DNA from: an uncultured archaeon
Lineage (GTDB): Archaea > Asgardarchaeota > Thorarchaeia > Thorarchaeales > Thorarchaeaceae
Length of the DNA stretch: 39,628 nucleotides
Reading direction: 5' to 3'
NCBI GenBank assembly: GCA_964458565.1
Contig: CAYWJO010000031.1
Span: forward strand, 1-39,628
Shown: one piece after another, positions 9,633 to 17,854 of the stretch
Position numbering within the stretch: position 1 is the first letter of the stretch
How the letters are laid out: each line of letters starts with the position of its first letter
Translations under genes and position numbers: made by a program
The notes under the pieces: generated by a model
Databases searched by the model: none
What the model was told of the DNA's origin: nothing
Seen by the model: only the letters and a program-made list of their open reading frames with translations

Positions 9633-9859
9633 AGGCACCTGTAGTATCAGGAACGGAGATTATAAAGTTCTTATCTAAACGGGGTTTCAAAATAGTAGGT
9701 AGAAAGGGGTCTCATATTCGGATGAAGAAGCAATCATCTCCCAGAAATCTCATTGTCATAATTCCAGATTATGCTGAAATAGCACAGGGAACTCTTCGTT
9801 CCATTCTTCGTCAAGCAGGAATTACTTTTGACGAGTTTGTAGAGCTTTGGTCAAAATGA
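9629..9859 (+). CDS. hicA: HicA-family mRNA interferase toxin
   Basis: P.VSG.EIIKFL...GF....RKGSH..M and GTLRSILRQAGI motifs; TTG start coupled to the hicB stop. Confidence 0.92.
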   Translation: MKAPVVSGTEIIKFLSKRGFKIVGRKGSHIRMKKQSSPRNLIVIIPDYAEIAQGTLRSILRQAGITFDEFVELWSK

Positions 9860-9882
9860 GATGGGGCTTTACACAGAATCTT

Positions 9883-9927
9883 TTGAAGATTCCAGTCATC
9901 TCTGGGAACGAGATGATTATGTTCTCA
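9883..9927 (+). pseudogene. 5' fragment of a second hicA paralogue
   Basis: TTG-started LKIPVISGNEMIMF versus HicA (L/M)KAPVVSGTEIIKF: 9 of 14 positions identical, after which similarity stops. Confidence 0.55.
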
Positions 9928-9963
9928 TTGAGCCTTTGGCATTACCAGTTTCCCTTTGCAACA

Positions 9964-10782
9964 CTATCCTTTCTTGAGATATATCACTGCAATAATTACA
10001 ACAACAACAACTCCAATTCCGACCACAATCAATGGAATAGTTAGATCCATACCTGGACTAGTAGGAGTTGTACTGGCAGCAGTTGTGGATGTATCAAATT
10101 CTATTGAATCATACACCTCGATGTTGTCGATTGCAGGTCCTGCTGGAGTGGAGAATCTGAAATATTCTGATGAAGTGATTGATTGATCCTGAGTAGCCAT
10201 GCGATGAGTTCCATTGATCCAGATATTGAATTGACCCGATGAGTCTCTTGTTATATCAATATGATATCCACCTAGAACATCCTGATTGGTCTGGTATTGT
10301 GCCAATTGTTGACTATCTCCATCAGTGAATTTCTCTAGCTCAAAACCACGAAATCCCAAGTACAGTGTCATTTCTACTTTAAAGGCGTAGCCATCTGGAA
10401 TACCATCCACAAAATCTGTATCCGCTGACATGAAGAAGACATAGAAATGGGTTAGACCAGGTTCAACTTCTGGTGAATCTATATCGAAGCTCCATGTTCC
10501 AGTTGCTACTGTACTTGCATGAGAAGCTAAATTCCATATCCATCCTCCTCCCTCACCTGTTGCTCGTAGTAGATCATCATCTACAGAGTAATCTCCATCA
10601 ACCAACACTGAGGGGACAACCGTCATATTTATGCCAGTTACTGTCCAACCATCATGATTCCCATCATTGAAGTTGTCGGACCATACCATTGTTGCATCAC
10701 ATGTTGATGGTGAATAAAATAGAATCATCAACAAAATAAATATGACAAAGCTGTAAAATGGCTGTTTCTTCTGTGTGTCCAT
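9964..10782 (-). CDS. Secreted, C-terminally anchored surface protein with concanavalin/lectin-like beta sandwich
   Basis: Signal peptide; WSDNFNDGNHDGWTV start; YHIDITRDSSGQFNIWING and IDNIEV strands; Ser/Thr linker; TM helix and KK tail. Confidence 0.75.
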   Translation of the reverse strand: MDTQKKQPFYSFVIFILLMILFYSPSTCDATMVWSDNFNDGNHDGWTVTGINMTVVPSVLVDGDYSVDDDLLRATGEGGGWIWNLASHASTVATGTWSFDIDSPEVEPGLTHFYVFFMSADTDFVDGIPDGYAFKVEMTLYLGFRGFELEKFTDGDSQQLAQYQTNQDVLGGYHIDITRDSSGQFNIWINGTHRMATQDQSITSSEYFRFSTPAGPAIDNIEVYDSIEFDTSTTAASTTPTSPGMDLTIPLIVVGIGVVVVVIIAVIYLKKG

Positions 10783-10996
10783 TCCTAATCACCTTCCTGC
10801 AAAATTACGAATTGTATGACACGGGACAGACTTTTAAATAAATCATTCGCTATTCTTCTTTATTATAAAATTGGATTATATTTCTAAAAAAATCTGGTCA
10901 ATACTGATATAATTCAGAATTGTGAAGGTAGGACTCCAACTTTATGCTTACTCATTCAAATAACTCGCTGTTCGGATATATCATTATCAAAATAAG

Positions 10997-11114
10997 ATGG
11001 GGCCTTCCGCAGAAGAGAAAGAGAAAGGTATTCGCGTGGTTATTCCCTGCATGGCCCGAAGTGGACCACACTGGAGGGGAGATATGAAGTTTGTCTTCTG
11101 CATTGGACCCCTAT
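10997..11114 (-). ncRNA. Candidate structured small RNA (~118 nt)
   Basis: On the minus strand the ends pair (GGGGUC/GGCCCC, then GCAGAAGA/UCUUCUGC); internal hairpin GUGUGGUCC-ACUUC-GGGCCAUGC with G-U pairs; GC-rich island in an AT-rich spacer; TATA upstream and TTATTTT downstream. Confidence 0.65.
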
Positions 11115-11132
11115 AGTAGTGATTTTTTATCA

Positions 11133-11144
11133 TATATTAAGGTT
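11133..11144 (-). promoter_or_regulatory. BRE-TATA promoter (AACCTTAATATA) for the candidate sRNA
   Basis: The TATA element ends about 20 nt before the 5' GGGG of the structured element. Confidence 0.55.
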
Positions 11145-11300
11145 TGAGTTAAGTGCATTTTCAAATTGAAAGTATCGACAAACATCTCACCAAAAATGAG
11201 TTATAACTCGCAACTAAGTAATCGCATTCTAAGGTATTCTCGTAACTGTTTTATGCAGCTATCAGCAAGAACATATGGATAATTAACAATAGTTATTCAA

Positions 11301-11597
11301 GTGAAAATAATGAACCGCACGCTAGACGGAAAGATTTACTCTACACAACTCGGAATATTCGGTAGTAACGATGTAATGTATGGATTTCTTGGAATTGAAA
11401 CTAATGATCTCCGGCACATCACGTTCAAGGTTGATGCCTACACGTGGTACGAGACCCTTGAACTTGGTGATACTGTCATGATTGAATATGTGCAACTTGG
11501 TGAAACAAAAATTCTTGTCGCTCGAAAGATATCCTTGATAGAAAAAGAACAAATGAGAATCGACTCAATCTCCGAGCCTATTGAGACTCCTGCGTAA
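11301..11597 (+). CDS. Small hypothetical protein, possibly OB-fold
   Basis: 98-aa ORF with beta pattern 'FKVDAYT.YETLELGDTVMIEY.....LVARKI' reminiscent of small OB folds. Confidence 0.6.
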   Translation: MKIMNRTLDGKIYSTQLGIFGSNDVMYGFLGIETNDLRHITFKVDAYTWYETLELGDTVMIEYVQLGETKILVARKISLIEKEQMRIDSISEPIETPA

Positions 11598-11673
11598 TTA
11601 ACTATCAAAATGTGTTTCTTGAAGGTTTGATAAAAAGAGAGTCTTCTAAGTGGCAGAATTGGATACTATCTAC

Positions 11674-12030
11674 TTAGTATCCCCATTCTTGGCCAAGTCT
11701 CTGTCTGTACCAACGTCGCCCATGCTTTGACAGGGCATAGATGCCGCCAATCTCGGTGATGAGACCCATATTCACCATATTCTGAAGAACTTCATAGAGT
11801 TTATCGTCAGAGGCACCGGTCATATCACGGAGTTTGTTGAAATCAAGTCGTCCTTCCTGTGAAAGGTGCTGTGCAATCTGGAATTTTCCGACAGCTCTTG
11901 TTTCACTTCTCGTGACGATGTGTCCACAATTTGTACAGATGAGATCACCTTTGAGATCGTCCCGGGCAACTTCTTTAGCACCGCATATGGGACAGGTCGA
12001 TTTTGAGAACCTAAGTGATCTACGTGACAT
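11674..12030 (-). CDS. TFIIB-type zinc ribbon fused to a winged helix-turn-helix
   Basis: CPICG-x12-ICTNCGHIV ribbon with D...GDLIC; C-terminal wHTH (LDFNKLRDMTGAS...LQNMVNMGLI..GGIYALSKHG). ATG 12030 chosen to avoid overlap with the upstream gene. Confidence 0.75.
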   Translation of the reverse strand: MSRRSLRFSKSTCPICGAKEVARDDLKGDLICTNCGHIVTRSETRAVGKFQIAQHLSQEGRLDFNKLRDMTGASDDKLYEVLQNMVNMGLITEIGGIYALSKHGRRWYRQRLGQEWGY

Positions 12031-12088
12031 CTCAATCATAATGAATTTGTCGTGATGTCTTGATAAAACTAGCGAAGGCGCACACAAT

Positions 12089-12616
12089 TCATTCTTCATC
12101 ATTTGATTCTGTCGAAGCAAGCTTTCTGAAAAATGATTCATAATCGATTTCAAAAGCAACTCGAGAACCGGGTCGTACTCTTTTCCCCTTCTTATCTATC
12201 TCAACATATCCTAAATCTGAGAGTTCCCGAAGGTCTTCTCTTATACCTCTTATCGATTTATTTCTGAATTCCTTTACTCTGGTGAACGGAATCCATTCAC
12301 CCTCTTGATATGTTAATGTGATGACAACAAGCAATGTTGCAGCTAATCTATCAGGTAAGGGAGTTTCTTCTTCAGCAATTTCAATGGAACCAAGAGTGTC
12401 GAGATAAAACACATTGTTAACAGGATTGTGACGAATCATCAACCCCAATCGCTGGAGATGTTTGTGTAGTCCTGCTAAATGTCGTATGACGATATGATTG
12501 CCTGATCCGTCCGGAAGTCCTAACGCATCAAGGATATCCTCCATCCCTGCACCCATGGGATTTCCAGATCGTGTGATGAGTTTCATAATGATTGCATATT
12601 CATTTGATATGACCAC
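12089..12616 (-). CDS. KITE subunit (tandem winged helix), MAGE/Nse3/Nse1-like
   Basis: 175 aa with two WH-like halves. LQRLGLMIRHNPVNNVFYL, LLVVITLTYQEG and GYVEI...RPGSRVAFE resemble the MAGE/Nse3 FG..L.E, LL..IL.LI...G and WGPRA..E segments. Follows the kleisin with a 1-nt overlap (TAGTG). Confidence 0.65.
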   Translation of the reverse strand: MVISNEYAIIMKLITRSGNPMGAGMEDILDALGLPDGSGNHIVIRHLAGLHKHLQRLGLMIRHNPVNNVFYLDTLGSIEIAEEETPLPDRLAATLLVVITLTYQEGEWIPFTRVKEFRNKSIRGIREDLRELSDLGYVEIDKKGKRVRPGSRVAFEIDYESFFRKLASTESNDEE

Positions 12617-13278
12617 TATTCCTTCCTCTCAACTGTGCGTTTCTTTGAATTGAAGATCAGATCTCCTTTTGATATTAGAATTACAATGTACAGGAATCTC
12701 TTGAGGAATTCCTCGAAATTATTGTCTGCTATCAGGTCTTCAATTGGAATTTCCTTGTTGGGTTGAATACCCTCCAAGAACAACTCAAGATCTCTGATAT
12801 AGACTGAATCCTCTGATTCAAATTTAAAATCATCAGGAATTTCTGACATTAGTGGTGGTTCTTCTTCAGGTAATTCTTTTGTGATATTCTCTTTGAAGAG
12901 AAGCATTCGCTCGAGGGCCCTTTGAAGAGTTTTTGGTTCAAGGTGTGTAACTCTAATTGGTCGTTCGTAGCTAATGAGTTTTGCAAGCTCTCGTGCATTT
13001 AATTTTCGTAATTTCTTGACATAGTACTCAGGAGCCTGAAGAATCCGAGCGATTTCTTGAACCCTTGTAACTTTCGACTCAAGAAGCTCATTCAACACTT
13101 CATCTAAACCAAGCTTGGACTCAATATCTGCAACTATCTCCTGCAGGTCTTGGTAAGAGGATGATAGTTCGATGTCGATTGGATCGGTTTCTCCTGACTG
13201 AACTTCTTCAGCCATCTTAAGAACACGACGAGTGAGTTGTTCAGTTTCGTCCAATTTTATCTTCCTCCTCATCTCCAA
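12616..13278 (-). CDS. Kleisin subunit (ScpA-like)
   Basis: N-terminal helical DP.DI.L and LL.SK segments as in ScpA; acidic/Pro linker; C-terminal WH (IPIEDLI...EEFLKRFLYIVILISKG.L); overlaps the SMC stop. Confidence 0.72.
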   Translation of the reverse strand: MEMRRKIKLDETEQLTRRVLKMAEEVQSGETDPIDIELSSSYQDLQEIVADIESKLGLDEVLNELLESKVTRVQEIARILQAPEYYVKKLRKLNARELAKLISYERPIRVTHLEPKTLQRALERMLLFKENITKELPEEEPPLMSEIPDDFKFESEDSVYIRDLELFLEGIQPNKEIPIEDLIADNNFEEFLKRFLYIVILISKGDLIFNSKKRTVERKE

Positions 13279-16200
13279 ACTTTGGACTCTCTATGATAAC
13301 AGATGGTTCTACTCCTCCCGGAGAAACAACTCCAATCCTCTTATCTGCATGTTTTAGAAGATGCGTACTCTTTGCTGGTGTGAAAAGAATGAATTGGCTT
13401 CTTCTGGATGAATCATGTAGTAACCTGCTTACCATTTCAGTATTGGTAGCATCAAGAAATGTATCTATTTCATCCAATGCGTATACCGGTGCAGGATTAA
13501 ACCTCTGAAGAGAGAGGATAAGTCCAATTGCTACGAGAGACCTTTCTCCACCTGAACCTGCACTCAGATTGCTGAATTCATCACCCCTAATCCTCGTCTT
13601 GAATTCAACACCATATTCATTATCTATTGTAGTAAGATTGAACCTTACCTGTCCAGCAAACTCAACTGTTGACAGGATTGTATTAACTTCAGACTCGACC
13701 CTTCCAAGTGTTTCATTCATTCCATCCTGATACTGTTTTCTGATTCCATCCAGCGTCCTGCTTGCTTCATCCAATTCTATGTCTAGTTCTGCAATCTTCT
13801 CTGAAAGTTGTGAAAGTCTCTGTTTCAATTTGTCTTCAGTTGTGGCTATAGATTCATCAACATCTCTATAGTCATCGAGAAGTGTTTGCACTCTGAGTAA
13901 TTCTTCACGAACTTGTTCAAGCGACCTCACACTCGCTGGTTTTTCACTAATCTTTAGTGATTCCGAAAGAGCATTGAGTTCATGCTCTAGGTTTCCAAGT
14001 TGTCTACGGGCTTGCATTACAAATAGACGCTTATTTCTCACTGCAAGATTGATTTCAACCAATCGTTCACTGACTTCTCTCAATGAAGTACGAATGGATG
14101 CAATTTCATCTCTATAATTATTATAACCCTCTTCCATCTTGGATTTGCTTTCTTTCAGTTCCTCGATGCGCCGAAGTATTTGAGAGGCTGTATCCTTAGA
14201 TTGACTCATCTCTTCATTTAATTCAGTAAGACGCGAGGCATAGACATCTATTGATTCCTGAACTTTTTCCAATTCGATTCGCCCAACGATTTGGTCCTTT
14301 TCAATGGTAAACAATCCCGATTCTGCCTTAGACAGATCTTGACCTAATCTTCTAAGTTTTCCTCTGATGGCAGTTTGTTGAGCAGCAAGTCTAGTTCGCT
14401 CTGGGGGTTGAGTTTGATCAAGTCCTTTGAGTCGTTCTTCAGCCTCGGTGAGATCTTTATCTAGCTGCTTCATTTCATCATCGACAGCAGCAATACGTTC
14501 TTCAATTTCTGGAATACTCTCTGTGAGTTTCTTACGCCGTTCCCAGGTACCACTCCAACGTGTTACCTGCCCAAGGACATCTGAGATACTCTCTCGTTCC
14601 TTTGAGAGCGACTCAAGTTTTGTCATAATATCTGTGATGTCCTTGCTTGCTTTTGATAGCTGCGTCTCAAGGGTAGATAGCTTTTCCTCAACGGGAGCTG
14701 TTGATATTATTCCCCGTGGTTCGTCAAGAGGATGACCGAGGATACGATTAGATTCAGGAATCATCACATGACCCTTGAGTGATACCGTCTTGTATTGATT
14801 TCGTAGAGCTAGTCTTTCGGCTGTACGGTTATCTTTCACTAGTATAAACTCGCCTACTGCTTGTCCGATAATCTGCCTCGTATCAGAATCAAGCCCTACA
14901 ATATCCCAAAGCCATCCCTCAACTCCCTTACCTGCTGGTAGACTTGGTAATGATTTATGGGTCGAGTCCTCAGACAATAGAATTATTGTTGAAGGTGATT
15001 CAATCTTATTTCGAAGTCTGAGTAATAACTGATAATCTGATTCATTTCTACATATAAAGGCAAAAGCCATTCCGCGTGGAAGAACTGCTTCAATCGCTGC
15101 TGAGAGTTCAGTAGACCCTGATACATAATCAATCACTGGTCCTAATACGTCCTTTAATTCATGTTCTTTCAATGCTTCTCTAAGTTCCTTGACTTGAGGA
15201 GGAATCCTCTTCGAACCCTCTGATAGACTTCCTCTGATTTCATCGATCTCTTTCTGTAATTGTGAAACTCGACTAGATTCTCGATATCTTGTTTCATTCA
15301 AACTTGCAATCTCACGTTCAATTTGTGATTTTCGAGTGACCAATTCCCTCTCATCAGTTTCTTCTAATGTGTCCCACATGCTGCCCCATTTTGTTTCAAT
15401 GGCATGGAGTTCAGCTTCTTCTACTTGAAGTCGTTCTTTTAGACTACGTGAAAGAAGGTCTTTTCCTTGTAACTCAGTCTGTAGATTTCTATAAACTCCT
15501 CGAGCTTCAGCTCGTTGAGTATTCCACTCTGCGAATTCATTCAATTTCTGCTCTATCTCAAGTGCTTCTTCTTCCAAGCTCTCAATATCGCTCTGAGCTG
15601 TTCTTTGCTGTTCCATAAACTTCTCTTTTGATTCTGATAATCGTTCTAACTGAGTTTTATCATGTTGGAATTTATCCCTCTCTTTTTTTAGAACCGCCTC
15701 AAGTTCACGTTTCTCAAGGACTGTCTGTTTCTCGTCATCTTCAAGCTGTGAGAGTCTACGTTCCTCTTCGTCAATGTTCGCATCTATCCTTCCGATTTCC
15801 ATTCGGGATGATTCTAGTTTCTTATCAATCTCCGAAATCTTCTCTTCATCGGTAGTTCTTCTCTCCTCAAGAGTACCTTGTTCTTCAAGCACTTCTCCTA
15901 AACCGGATTCGTTCTCATCGATATCCCTCTTAACTGCATTAACTTGATTTTCTAAATCTTCCAATCTTGCCCAATCTAGTTCGTCCTTCAATTCTTTTTG
16001 CTGTGCCTGAAGATCGCGTTTTCTGAGAAGACGTTTGATATCGTGTTGAAGTAGATCAATTTCCTTCTCAACAATTCTTGATTCAGAGGTGGTTTCCTGT
16101 AGTCTTCTACGGCTATCTGAAACCCGAACTTCTTCAATCCCTATTCTGTCTCGAAGAAGATGTAATCCTGTACCCTCCTCTACGAGACGTCTTACTTCTA

Positions 16201-16636
16201 TAGGGTTCATATTTCTTAAGGCGTTAATTCTCTCCTGTGGCATGAAGACGAGAGTGTTATCGACTTCTAGAGAAAATGCATCAGTTATCGCTCTCAGTTC
16301 AGCAGCTTTCACACGCTTCCCATCAACGTAAGCTCGCGGTATTCCGTCCCGACTGATTTTCCTTAGAAACCTTCGATTCTGACCGTTTATTGAAACGCAT
16401 ACTTCGACCTCTGCTGCATTTGCACCATGACGGATAAAATCACTCCATTTAGAATATCTGTTCTCCCTCTGATTGGAACCAAGAGCAAATTTTAGTGCAT
16501 GAAATATGGTTGTCTTTCCTGAACCATTAGGACCAAGTATAACTGTGAGACCTGGTGCGAACTCCACCTCTCCTTCAAAGAAGGAGAGAAAATTGTGAAG
16601 TCTGACCGATGCAATGTATACTTGGCTATCAACCAA
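13241..16636 (-). CDS. smc: SMC-family ATPase, SMC5/6-related
   Basis: Walker A GPNGSGKT, Q-loop FMPQERI, two long coiled coils around a hinge (GPVIDYV...AAIEAVL...AFICRNESD), signature SGGERS, Walker B/D-loop ALDEIDTFLD, QFILFTP. TTG start with AGGAG SD. Confidence 0.93.
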   Translation of the reverse strand: MVDSQVYIASVRLHNFLSFFEGEVEFAPGLTVILGPNGSGKTTIFHALKFALGSNQRENRYSKWSDFIRHGANAAEVEVCVSINGQNRRFLRKISRDGIPRAYVDGKRVKAAELRAITDAFSLEVDNTLVFMPQERINALRNMNPIEVRRLVEEGTGLHLLRDRIGIEEVRVSDSRRRLQETTSESRIVEKEIDLLQHDIKRLLRKRDLQAQQKELKDELDWARLEDLENQVNAVKRDIDENESGLGEVLEEQGTLEERRTTDEEKISEIDKKLESSRMEIGRIDANIDEEERRLSQLEDDEKQTVLEKRELEAVLKKERDKFQHDKTQLERLSESKEKFMEQQRTAQSDIESLEEEALEIEQKLNEFAEWNTQRAEARGVYRNLQTELQGKDLLSRSLKERLQVEEAELHAIETKWGSMWDTLEETDERELVTRKSQIEREIASLNETRYRESSRVSQLQKEIDEIRGSLSEGSKRIPPQVKELREALKEHELKDVLGPVIDYVSGSTELSAAIEAVLPRGMAFAFICRNESDYQLLLRLRNKIESPSTIILLSEDSTHKSLPSLPAGKGVEGWLWDIVGLDSDTRQIIGQAVGEFILVKDNRTAERLALRNQYKTVSLKGHVMIPESNRILGHPLDEPRGIISTAPVEEKLSTLETQLSKASKDITDIMTKLESLSKERESISDVLGQVTRWSGTWERRKKLTESIPEIEERIAAVDDEMKQLDKDLTEAEERLKGLDQTQPPERTRLAAQQTAIRGKLRRLGQDLSKAESGLFTIEKDQIVGRIELEKVQESIDVYASRLTELNEEMSQSKDTASQILRRIEELKESKSKMEEGYNNYRDEIASIRTSLREVSERLVEINLAVRNKRLFVMQARRQLGNLEHELNALSESLKISEKPASVRSLEQVREELLRVQTLLDDYRDVDESIATTEDKLKQRLSQLSEKIAELDIELDEASRTLDGIRKQYQDGMNETLGRVESEVNTILSTVEFAGQVRFNLTTIDNEYGVEFKTRIRGDEFSNLSAGSGGERSLVAIGLILSLQRFNPAPVYALDEIDTFLDATNTEMVSRLLHDSSRRSQFILFTPAKSTHLLKHADKRIGVVSPGGVEPSVIIESPKFGDEEEDKIGRN

Positions 16637-16648
16637 TCTGACATTCTC

Positions 16649-17749
16649 CTAGCTCTGTCTGCCTAGTACTCTTCTCAAACGATCTGATGCTCTCTTGGCT
16701 CTCAGTAGTCTAGTCAATCGCTCTTCTGAACTCCCTGTAAGTATGTAAGGATGTCTGCTTAAGAACTGCCTATTTTTCTCTGTTAGCGGCAAGTTTGAGT
16801 TCAGTGTTTCAATTACTCTTTGAGTTTCCTGATAGTCTTCTCCAACGGCCATCAAATAAAGCTGGTCCAGAAAATCGTCAGGATACTCTGCATCAATTTT
16901 CGTAATTCGCTGTGAATCATCTTGTTTAGAGAGCGCAATATAGGATTGAAAAGAATTCTCACTACCTACTGGAAGTACTCTACTCTCCTCAATCACCTTT
17001 TCAAGTTGATCTCGAGTCATTTGAGTAGTTTCCTCACTGGAATAAAACAATAAATTCACTGCGAGTCTCTTAATATCTGAAAAACTCCATTCTCCGGTTA
17101 ACTCCGCTATTGTTGCGGGATCCATATCACTTCTGTCTTGAAGAACCTGCTCAAGTACTCGAATTCTATCTTCTAAAGTTGAGCCCACTAATTGGTAGGT
17201 TCTTTCCATTTGACTGACTACTTCTCGATCTATCTTTTCTGGTGATGTGGTTGATGCAACGATGATTACCTCATCTGTAGCCCATCCAACATTACGGATC
17301 TCTTCCTCGATAATTCGGGATTCAAAAGATCCGGATTGAGTGAGTGAATCGAAATTAGGTAAATAAAGTACACTCGGCGCATTTCGCTTTGCGAATTCAA
17401 TAGCCTCAATCAGTTGTTCAGCAAATATCTCTCTTTTGATGTTCTTCATTCTAATTCGAATAAGATTCAGTGGAATTTCCCTAACTAGATAGTATACAAA
17501 ACTTTCAAAGTCACACCCAGGTGGTCCGATGAGCAAGGTTCGCCCACTTAATCCAGCACCAGCCTGCTCAAGCTTTGGTTTTAGTGCATCAAGTCTAGAT
17601 AGTATTGTATGAAGTTCTCTAGCATACTTCTCAACTGATTCTTGACTTAGATACCTCTCAGGAAGGTCCTCGGGACCGAGTATATCTACAAGTTCGGATA
17701 TTCTATTGTCTGTGCCCACGTGCAATCCCGCCGTATGAATCTCGGCCAC
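16649..17749 (-). CDS. Classic-clade AAA-fold protein with degenerate catalytic motifs (pseudo-ATPase)
   Basis: LLIGPPGCDFE (Walker A lacking GKT), AKRNAPSVLYLPNFDSL (Walker B lacking DE), IIVASTTSPEKIDREVVSQM (SRH lacking Arg fingers), lid IAELTGEWSFSDIKRL. Confidence 0.75.
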   Translation of the reverse strand: MAEIHTAGLHVGTDNRISELVDILGPEDLPERYLSQESVEKYARELHTILSRLDALKPKLEQAGAGLSGRTLLIGPPGCDFESFVYYLVREIPLNLIRIRMKNIKREIFAEQLIEAIEFAKRNAPSVLYLPNFDSLTQSGSFESRIIEEEIRNVGWATDEVIIVASTTSPEKIDREVVSQMERTYQLVGSTLEDRIRVLEQVLQDRSDMDPATIAELTGEWSFSDIKRLAVNLLFYSSEETTQMTRDQLEKVIEESRVLPVGSENSFQSYIALSKQDDSQRITKIDAEYPDDFLDQLYLMAVGEDYQETQRVIETLNSNLPLTEKNRQFLSRHPYILTGSSEERLTRLLRAKRASDRLRRVLGRQS

Positions 17750-17854
17750 CGAGACACGAACGCATATTACATCTTCGGAGTTAGCATATAATCGCGCCCT
17801 TTACATTCCAATACACAATTATTAAGACAGATTGTCAACAGGATTCAGACTCCC
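17750..17854. promoter_or_regulatory. Divergent promoter region between the SMC operon and the MoxR-vWA operon
   Basis: 105-bp head-to-head gap; TTATTAAG at about 17819-17826 (+, ~29 nt before ATG 17855) and TTATATG on the minus strand at about 17785-17791. Confidence 0.5.

Noticed and set aside
10997-11114. Y RNA or 5S rRNA identity for the structured RNA
   Set aside because: The 5' GGUCCAAUGCAG resembles Y RNA, but the complementary UUGAC strand of the Ro-binding helix is absent; 5S hallmark sequences are not seen.
10997-11116. + strand 39-aa ORF MGPSAEEKEKG...IGPL
   Set aside because: No SD or clear promoter on this strand; G-U pairing and the TATA position favour a minus-strand RNA.
2-11600. 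Integrated element/prophage anchored at tRNA-Ala
   Set aside because: No integrase, capsid or terminase gene, and I found no downstream direct repeat of the tRNA 3' end; hppA and the aminotransferase look chromosomal.
12031-12159. N-terminal extension of the Zn-ribbon ORF in the ORF track
   Set aside because: Overlaps the KITE gene in another frame; ATG 12030 gives a compact domain start.
13241-16636. Rad50/SbcC
   Set aside because: No central CxxC zinc hook; a globular hinge is present and no Mre11 is adjacent.
11674-17749. Wadjet (JetABCD) defence system
   Set aside because: No TOPRIM/JetD nuclease; gene order and SMC motifs fit SMC5/6-related rather than JetC/MksB.
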